Virus record (IMG/VR): IMGVR_UViG_2778261510_000008
Length of the DNA stretch: 32,030 nt
Direction: 5' to 3' (one strand)
From: a virus
Lineage: Duplodnaviria; Heunggongvirae; Uroviricota; Caudoviricetes
Below are positions 26,000-32,030 of this stretch, in pieces. A program made the position numbers and the translations under genes. Under the pieces are notes generated by a model that saw only the letters and a program-made list of their open reading frames with translations, ran no database searches and had not been told where the DNA came from. How positions within the stretch are numbered: the first letter of the stretch is position 1; every line of letters starts with the position of its first letter.

Positions 26000-28439
26000 C
26001 AATGTAAAATTACAGGTATTGCTCAGGGCTGTTGACCAGGCATCCCGCCCGTTTAAATCCATCCGCACAGCGAGCAAATCGCTGTCGGGGGATATCCGGG
26101 AAACACAAAAATCACTGCGCGAGCTGAACGGTCAGGCATCCCGTATTGAGGGATTTCGCAAGACCAGTGCACAGCTCGCCGTGACTGGTCATGCACTTGA
26201 AAAGGCACGGCAGGAGGCCGAAGCCCTTGCCACGCAGTTTAAAAATACCGAACGTCCGACCCGTGCTCAGGCGAAAGTGCTGGAATCCGCAAAGCGTGCG
26301 GCGGAGGACTTACAGGCGAAATATAACCGCCTGACAGATTCCGTTAAACGCCAGCAGCGGGAACTGGCCGCTGTGGGAATTAATACCCGCAATCTTGCAC
26401 ATGATGAGCAGGGACTGAAAAACCGTATCAGTGAAACCACCGCACAGCTTAACCGGCAGCGTGACGCGCTGGCGCGTGTCAGTGCGCAACAGGCAAAACT
26501 TAATGCAGTAAAACAGCGTTATCAGGCCGGAAAGGAACTGGCCGGAAATATGGCCTCAGTGGGCGCTGCCGGTGTGGGGATTGCTGCTGCGGGAACGATG
26601 GCTGGAGTTAAGTTGCTGATGCCCGGTTATGAGTTTGCGCAGAAAAACTCAGAATTGCAGGCCGTGCTCGGTGTGGCAAAAGACTCCGCCGAAATGACCG
26701 CACTCCGCAAACAGGCGCGCCAGCTCGGCGACAATACCGCAGCCTCGGCAGATGATGCAGCCGGTGCGCAGATTATTATTGCGAAAGCCGGTGGGGATGT
26801 TGATGCCATTCAGGCGGCAACGCCGGTCACGCTGAATATGGCGCTGGCGAACCGTCGCACGATGGAAGAAAACGCCGCCCTGCTGATGGGGATGAAATCC
26901 GCCTTTCAGCTTTCAAACGATAAGGTCGCTCATATCGGGGATGTTCTCTCCATGACGATGAACAAAACCGCCGCCGATTTTGATGGCATGAGCGATGCGC
27001 TGACCTATGCCGCACCTGTGGCAAAAAATGCTGGTGTCAGCATTGAAGAAACCGCCGCAATGGTCGGGGCGCTGCATGATGCAAAAATTACCGGTTCAAT
27101 GGCGGGGACGGGAAGCCGTGCCGTGTTAAGCCGCCTGCAGGCACCGACGGGAAAAGCATGGGATGCACTGAAAGAGCTTGGCGTGAAAACCTCAGACAGT
27201 AAGGGAAACACCCGACCAGTATTTACCATTCTGAAAGAAATGCAGGCCAGCTTTGAGAAAAACCGGCTCGGTACTGCCCAGCAGGCTGAATACATGAAAA
27301 CCATTTTCGGGGAGGAGGCCAGTTCAGCCGCCGCCGTGCTGATGACTGCCGCCTCAACCGGAAAGCTGGACAAACTGACCGCTGCGTTTAAAGCCTCAGA
27401 CGGAAAGACCGCAGAGCTGGTAAATATCATGCAGGACAACCTCGGCGGTGACTTTAAGGAGTTTCAGTCCGCTTATGAGGCGGTGGGGACTGACCTGTTT
27501 GACCAGCAGGAAGGCGCACTGCGTAAGCTCACGCAGACGGCCACAAAGTATGTGTTAAAACTCGACGGCTGGATCCAGAAAAACAAATCACTGGCGTCAA
27601 CCATCGGCCTTATTGTCGGTGGTGCACTGGCGCTTACTGGCATCATCGGTGCAATTGGTCTTGTAGCCTGGCCGGTTATCACCGGCATTAATGCCATCAT
27701 CGCGGCAGCAGGCGCAATGGGGGCAGTCTTCACGACGGTTGGCAGTGCTGTTATGACCGCCATCGGGGCGATTAGCTGGCCGGTTGTGGCCGTGGTGGCC
27801 ACCATTGTCGCCGGGGCGTTGCTTATCCGTAAATACTGGGAGCCTGTCAGCGCATTCTTTGGCGGTGTGGTTGAAGGGCTGAAAGCAGCATTTGCGCCAG
27901 TGGGGGAACTGTTCACGCCACTTAAGCCGGTGTTTGACTGGCTGGGTGAAAAGTTACAGGCCGCGTGGCAGTGGTTTAAAAACCTGATTGCCCCGGTCAA
28001 AGCTACCCAGGACACCCTGAACCGTTGCCGTGACACGGGCGTCATGTTCGGGCAGGCACTGGCTGACGCGCTGATGCTGCCGCTTAATGCGTTCAACAAA
28101 CTGCGCAGTGGTATTGACTGGGTACTGGAAAAACTCGGTGTTATCAACAAAGAGTCAGACACACTTGACCAGACCGCCGCCAGAACTCAAGCCGCCACGT
28201 ATGGCAGCGGTGGTTATATTCCGGCGACCAGCTCTTATGCAGGTTATCAGGCTTATCAGCCGGTCACGGCACCGGCTGGCCGCTCTTATGTGGACCAGAG
28301 TAAAAACGAATATCACATCAGCCTGACGGGTGGTACTGCACCGGGGACACAGCTTGACCGCCAGTTACAGGATGCGCTCGAAAAATACGAGCGGGATAAA
28401 CGTGCGCGCGCCCGTGCCAGCATGATGCATGACGGTTAA
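25992..28439 (+). CDS. T: Tail tape measure protein, P2 gpT-like
   Basis: 815-aa ORF, coiled-coil N-terminal half, glycine/alanine-rich hydrophobic central segment. Confidence 0.9.
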   Translation: MSNNVKLQVLLRAVDQASRPFKSIRTASKSLSGDIRETQKSLRELNGQASRIEGFRKTSAQLAVTGHALEKARQEAEALATQFKNTERPTRAQAKVLESAKRAAEDLQAKYNRLTDSVKRQQRELAAVGINTRNLAHDEQGLKNRISETTAQLNRQRDALARVSAQQAKLNAVKQRYQAGKELAGNMASVGAAGVGIAAAGTMAGVKLLMPGYEFAQKNSELQAVLGVAKDSAEMTALRKQARQLGDNTAASADDAAGAQIIIAKAGGDVDAIQAATPVTLNMALANRRTMEENAALLMGMKSAFQLSNDKVAHIGDVLSMTMNKTAADFDGMSDALTYAAPVAKNAGVSIEETAAMVGALHDAKITGSMAGTGSRAVLSRLQAPTGKAWDALKELGVKTSDSKGNTRPVFTILKEMQASFEKNRLGTAQQAEYMKTIFGEEASSAAAVLMTAASTGKLDKLTAAFKASDGKTAELVNIMQDNLGGDFKEFQSAYEAVGTDLFDQQEGALRKLTQTATKYVLKLDGWIQKNKSLASTIGLIVGGALALTGIIGAIGLVAWPVITGINAIIAAAGAMGAVFTTVGSAVMTAIGAISWPVVAVVATIVAGALLIRKYWEPVSAFFGGVVEGLKAAFAPVGELFTPLKPVFDWLGEKLQAAWQWFKNLIAPVKATQDTLNRCRDTGVMFGQALADALMLPLNAFNKLRSGIDWVLEKLGVINKESDTLDQTAARTQAATYGSGGYIPATSSYAGYQAYQPVTAPAGRSYVDQSKNEYHISLTGGTAPGTQLDRQLQDALEKYERDKRARARASMMHDG

Positions 28440-28453
28440 GGAGGTGACGAAAA

Positions 28454-28933
28454 ATGATGCTCGCGTTAGGTATGTTTGTTTTTATGCGCCAGACGCTGCC
28501 ACACCAGACCATGCAGCGTGAATCAGATTATCGCTGGCCGTCAAATTCCCGTATCGGTAAACGGGATGCCTACCAGTTTCTCGGCGTTGGTGAGGAAAAC
28601 ATGACGCTTGCCGGTGTGCTTTATCCCGAACTGACCGGCGGCAAGCTGACGATGACCACGCTCAGACTGATGGCAGAGGAAGGCCGGGCGTGGCCGTTGC
28701 TGGATGGCACAGGCATGATTTACGGCATGTATGTCATCAGCAAGGTGAGTGAAACAGGGAGTATTTTCTTTGCAGACGGCACACCCCGGAAAATTGATTT
28801 TACGCTGTCGCTCACCCGCGTTGATGAATCACTGGCCGCGCTTTATGGCGATATCGGTAAACAGGCGGAGTCGCTCATCGGTAAGGCCGGCAGTATGGCG
28901 ACCAGATTCACAGGTATGACGGGGGCGGGATAA
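28454..28933 (+). CDS. U: Tail protein, P2 gpU-like
   Basis: 159-aa ORF, order and size. Confidence 0.85.
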   Translation: MMLALGMFVFMRQTLPHQTMQRESDYRWPSNSRIGKRDAYQFLGVGEENMTLAGVLYPELTGGKLTMTTLRLMAEEGRAWPLLDGTGMIYGMYVISKVSETGSIFFADGTPRKIDFTLSLTRVDESLAALYGDIGKQAESLIGKAGSMATRFTGMTGAG

Positions 28934-30096
28934 TGCTGGATGCGCTGACATTTGATGCAGGCAGCACGCTGACGCCGGATTACATGCTGATGCTCGACAG
29001 CAGGGATATTACCGGCAATATCAGCGACCGTCTGATGAGTATGACCCTGACGGATAACCGGGGCTTTGAGGCTGACCAGCTTGATATTGAACTGAACGAT
29101 GCCGACGGGCAGGTCGGGCTGCCGGTTCGTGGCGCTGTCCTGACGGTGTATATCGGCTGGAAAGGTTTTGCCCTGGTATGCAAAGGGAAATTTACCGTTG
29201 ATGAGGTTGAACACCGGGGCGCGCCGGATGTGGTCACCATCCGCGCCCGGAGTGCAGATTTTCGCGGGACGCTCAATTCCCGCCGGGAAGGCTCCTGGCA
29301 TGACACCACACTCGGTGCGATTGTTGAGGCGATAGCCTCCCGTAACAAGCTGGAGGCCAGTGTCGCTCCGTCACTGGCCGGAATAAAAATTCCACACATC
29401 GACCAGTCGCAGGAGTCTGATGCGAAATTCCTGACCCGTCTTGCTGAACGCAACGGCGGTGAGGTGTCGGTAAAAATGGGAAAACTGTTGTTTCTTAAGG
29501 CGGGGCAGGGGGTGACGGCCAGCGGTAAAAAAATCCCGCAGATTACCATCACCCGCAGCGACGGCGACCGTCATCATTTTGCGATTGCTGACCGTGGAGC
29601 TTACACCGGCGTAACGGCAAAGTGGTTACACACCAAAGACCCGAAGCCGCAAAAGCAGAAGGTAAAACTGAAACGCAAAAAGAAAGAAAAACACCTGCGC
29701 GCACTGGAGCACCCGAAAGCGAAACCGGTCACGCAGAAGAAAGCGCCAAAAGTACCGGAAGCGCGCGAAGGTGAATACATGGCCGGTGAAGCTGACAACG
29801 TTTTTGCCCTGACTACGGTATATGCCACGAAAGCACAGGCCATGCGCGCCGCTCAGGCGAAGTGGGATAAACTGCAACGGGGCGTTGCGGAGTTCTCCAT
29901 CAGCCTTGCCACTGGTCGTGCTGATATTTACACGGAAACACCGGTCAGAGTGTCAGGCTTTAAGCGCGTCATAGACGAGCAGGACTGGACAATCACTAAG
30001 GTGACACATTTTCTGAATAATAGCGGCTTCACGACGTCCTTAGAGCTTGAGGTCAGGCTTTCTGATGTGGAGTACGAAACAGAAGATGATGAGTGA
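28933..30096 (+). CDS. D: Late tail protein, P2 gpD-like
   Basis: 387-aa ORF, order and size. Confidence 0.85.
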   Translation: MLDALTFDAGSTLTPDYMLMLDSRDITGNISDRLMSMTLTDNRGFEADQLDIELNDADGQVGLPVRGAVLTVYIGWKGFALVCKGKFTVDEVEHRGAPDVVTIRARSADFRGTLNSRREGSWHDTTLGAIVEAIASRNKLEASVAPSLAGIKIPHIDQSQESDAKFLTRLAERNGGEVSVKMGKLLFLKAGQGVTASGKKIPQITITRSDGDRHHFAIADRGAYTGVTAKWLHTKDPKPQKQKVKLKRKKKEKHLRALEHPKAKPVTQKKAPKVPEAREGEYMAGEADNVFALTTVYATKAQAMRAAQAKWDKLQRGVAEFSISLATGRADIYTETPVRVSGFKRVIDEQDWTITKVTHFLNNSGFTTSLELEVRLSDVEYETEDDE

Positions 30097-30177
30097 TGTT
30101 TTTATTTTATCTGTTTGTTTTATAAGGATAAATTAACTAAAATGGCACCATCAACAAAACCGGAAGAGGTGCTCGCG

Positions 30178-30396
30178 ATGTTTCATTGTCCTTTATGCCA
30201 GCATGCCGCACATGCGCGTACAAGCCGCTATATCACTGACACGACAAAAGAGCGTTATCACCAGTGTCAGAACGTGAATTGCAGCGCCACGTTCATCACT
30301 TATGAGTCGGTACAGCGATACATCGTGAAGCCGGGAGAAGTCCACGCCGTAAGACCGCACCCGTTGCCGTCAGGGCAGCAAATTATGTGGATGTAA
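30178..30396 (+). CDS. ogr: Late gene transcription activator Ogr (zinc finger)
   Basis: 72 aa from ATG at 30178 (MFHCPLCQH...); cysteine pairs CPLC and CQNVNC; last phage gene before attR. Confidence 0.85.
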   Translation: MFHCPLCQHAAHARTSRYITDTTKERYHQCQNVNCSATFITYESVQRYIVKPGEVHAVRPHPLPSGQQIMWM

Positions 30397-30417
30397 TTAC
30401 AAACAGGAAGCCCCTCA

Positions 30418-30443
30418 GTCGAGGGGCTTTTTTGTCGATGTGG
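30418..30443 (+). terminator. Rho-independent terminator after ogr
   Basis: aagcccctc-agtc-gaggggctt hairpin followed by a T-run. Confidence 0.75.
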
Positions 30444-30497
30444 TCAATGTGTGGACGTGACCAGAAATAAATCCTTTTATTTCATTGTATTACGCGT

Positions 30498-30524
30498 AAA
30501 AAATAAGCCCGTGTAAGGGAGATT
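30498..30524. repeat. attR core, 27-bp direct repeat of attL
   Basis: Identical to 478..504; overlaps the 3' terminator end of cyaR. Confidence 0.85.
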
Positions 30525-30584
30525 ACACAGGCTAAGGAGGTGGTTCCTGGTACAGCTAGCATTTTATGGGTTATGTTTTTCAGC
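30498..30584 (-). ncRNA. cyaR: CyaR (RyeE) Hfq-dependent sRNA; its 3' end is the P2 integration target
   Basis: Minus-strand sequence GCTGAAAAACATAACCCATAAAATGCTAGCTGTACCAGGAACCACCTCCTTAGCC... ending in a hairpin plus U-run matches recalled CyaR; candidate -10 (30592..30597) and CRP-like site TGTGA-N6-TCTAA (30619..30634) upstream. Confidence 0.75.
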
Positions 30585-30668
30585 GAAACGGATGATAACC
30601 TTAATAAATGCAGCTGTATGTGATCGGTTTCTAAGAATTTTCCATCCGGGAAAAATAATCGAAATTAA

Positions 30669-32030
30669 TCACTTACCGTGGGGATTACGCGTGGTTTCCC
30701 CGGAGAAATTACGCATCAGCAGCGCGTAATTGAGCTCAAGATCCTGCGGGACCGGGAGCCACACAGTATAACCATCGCCTGGTGCTATCGGCATAGCTTC
30801 GCCTTTGGCGTTTTCCATGTGCTCAAGGGTAAAATTAATGTTGCCTTGCGGCGTCATCAGCTCAAGGCTGTCGCCAACGGAGAATTTATTTTTCACCGCT
30901 ACCGCCGCGAGGTCCCCCTTGCGCTCACCGGTAAACTCACCAACAAACTGCTGGCGGTCAGAAACTGAATAACCGTATTCGTAGTTCTGATAATCGTCGT
31001 GAGTATGACGACGCAGGAAACCTTCGGTATAGCCACGATGCGCCAGACCTTCCAGAGTTTCCAGCAGGCTGGTATCGAACGGTTTTCCCGCAGCGGCGTC
31101 ATCGATAGCTTTGCGGTAAACCTGTGCGGTGCGTGCACAATAGTAGAAAGATTTGGTACGACCTTCGATTTTCAGCGAATGCACGCCCATTTTGGTCAGG
31201 CGTTCTACATGGGCGATGGCGCGCAGATCTTTCGAGTTCATGATGTAAGTGCCGTGCTCATCTTCAAACGCGGTCATATACTCGCCCGGACGCTGGGCCT
31301 CTTCGATCATAAACACTTTGTCGGTTGGTGCGCCGATACCCAGCGTCGGCTCAACATTTTGCACCGGAATCGGCTCGTACTTGTGTACGATGTTGCCAAC
31401 ATCATCTTCTTTCCCTTCCTGGACGTTGTACTCCCAGCGGCAGGCGTTGGTGCAGGTGCCCTGGTTCGGGTCGCGCTTGTTGATATAGCCAGAGAGCAGG
31501 CAGCGACCGGAGTAGGCCATGCACAGCGCGCCGTGAACGAAGATCTCGATCTCCATATCCGGCACCTGATTGCGGATCTCTTCAATCTCTTCCAGCGACA
31601 GCTCGCGAGAGAGGATCACGCGGGTCAGGCCCATTTGCTGCCAGAATTTCACCGTCGCCCAGTTCACGGCGTTAGCCTGCACCGAAAGGTGGATCGGCAT
31701 TTCAGGGAAGTGCTCACGCACCAGCATAATCAGCCCTGGATCGGACATAATCAGCGCATCCGGCCCCATTTCCACCACCGGTTTCAGGTCACGGATAAAG
31801 GTTTTCAGCTTGGCGTTGTGCGGTGCAATGTTGACCACGACATAAAACTTTTTCCCCAGCGCGTGGGCTTCATTGATGCCGAGCTGAAGATTTTCGTGGT
31901 TGAATTCGTTGTTGCGCACACGCAGGGAATAACGCGGCTGGCCCGCATAAACAGCATCTGCGCCATAAGCGAAAGCGTAACGCATATTTTTCAGCGTTCC
32001 CGCCGGGGAAAGGAGTTCCGGTTTAAACAT
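30669..32030 (-). CDS. yegQ: Peptidase U32-family protein YegQ (complete; start codon at the window edge)
   Basis: 453-aa ORF MFKPELLSPAGTLKNMRYAFAYGADAVYAG... recalled as E. coli YegQ; lies beyond cyaR outside the prophage. Confidence 0.75.
   Translation of the reverse strand: MFKPELLSPAGTLKNMRYAFAYGADAVYAGQPRYSLRVRNNEFNHENLQLGINEAHALGKKFYVVVNIAPHNAKLKTFIRDLKPVVEMGPDALIMSDPGLIMLVREHFPEMPIHLSVQANAVNWATVKFWQQMGLTRVILSRELSLEEIEEIRNQVPDMEIEIFVHGALCMAYSGRCLLSGYINKRDPNQGTCTNACRWEYNVQEGKEDDVGNIVHKYEPIPVQNVEPTLGIGAPTDKVFMIEEAQRPGEYMTAFEDEHGTYIMNSKDLRAIAHVERLTKMGVHSLKIEGRTKSFYYCARTAQVYRKAIDDAAAGKPFDTSLLETLEGLAHRGYTEGFLRRHTHDDYQNYEYGYSVSDRQQFVGEFTGERKGDLAAVAVKNKFSVGDSLELMTPQGNINFTLEHMENAKGEAMPIAPGDGYTVWLPVPQDLELNYALLMRNFSGETTRNPHGK

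Larger units (their letters stand above)
478..30524. mobile_element. Complete P2-like (Peduovirus-type) prophage, ~30 kb, bounded by attL and attR
   Basis: Full P2 gene order from int to ogr, cos site, integrase and flanking 27-bp direct repeats. Confidence 0.9.

Noticed and set aside
27473-28162. 229-aa antisense ORF inside the tape measure gene (and similar long antisense ORFs such as 9234..9713, 10830..11540, 13878..14477, 28980..29552)
   Set aside because: All lie opposite well-supported structural genes in GC-rich DNA, where stop codons are rare in every frame; no independent start signals.
1-32030. CRISPR arrays, tRNA or rRNA genes
   Set aside because: No regularly spaced short direct repeats and no tRNA-like cloverleaf region were seen; P2-type integration here targets an sRNA gene, not a tRNA.

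Overview
The window is an enterobacterial (E. coli-type) chromosome segment carrying a complete ~30 kb P2-like temperate myovirus prophage (about 478..30524) inserted into the 3' end of the sRNA gene cyaR. Host flanks are a small lipoprotein gene on the left (1..318, yegR-like) and cyaR plus the U32-peptidase-family gene yegQ on the right. A 27-bp direct repeat marks attL and attR. Gene order follows P2 almost one-for-one: int, C, cox, B, small early ORFs, A, then cos, Q, P, O, N, M, L, X, lysis cassette (Y, K, lysA, lysB/lysC), tail and baseplate genes R through H, tail sheath and tube, E/E' frameshift pair, T, U, D and ogr. Two places depart from canonical P2. (1) Between the replication gene A and cos, where P2 carries tin/old, sits an AT-rich ~2.1 kb island with one reverse-strand gene for a ~623-641 aa protein with an N-terminal DUF262/ParB-like DGQQR motif and a C-terminal DUF1524/His-Me-finger-like motif. 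This is the best candidate for a poorly characterised or novel anti-phage defence cargo. (2) The G and Z/fun region is replaced by a Gin/Cin/Hin-type invertible tail-fibre segment (crossover sites near 21315 and 23061) with its serine invertase. No CRISPR array, tRNA or rRNA was seen. All calls rest on reading the sequence and ORF track plus recalled family knowledge; no database search was run.
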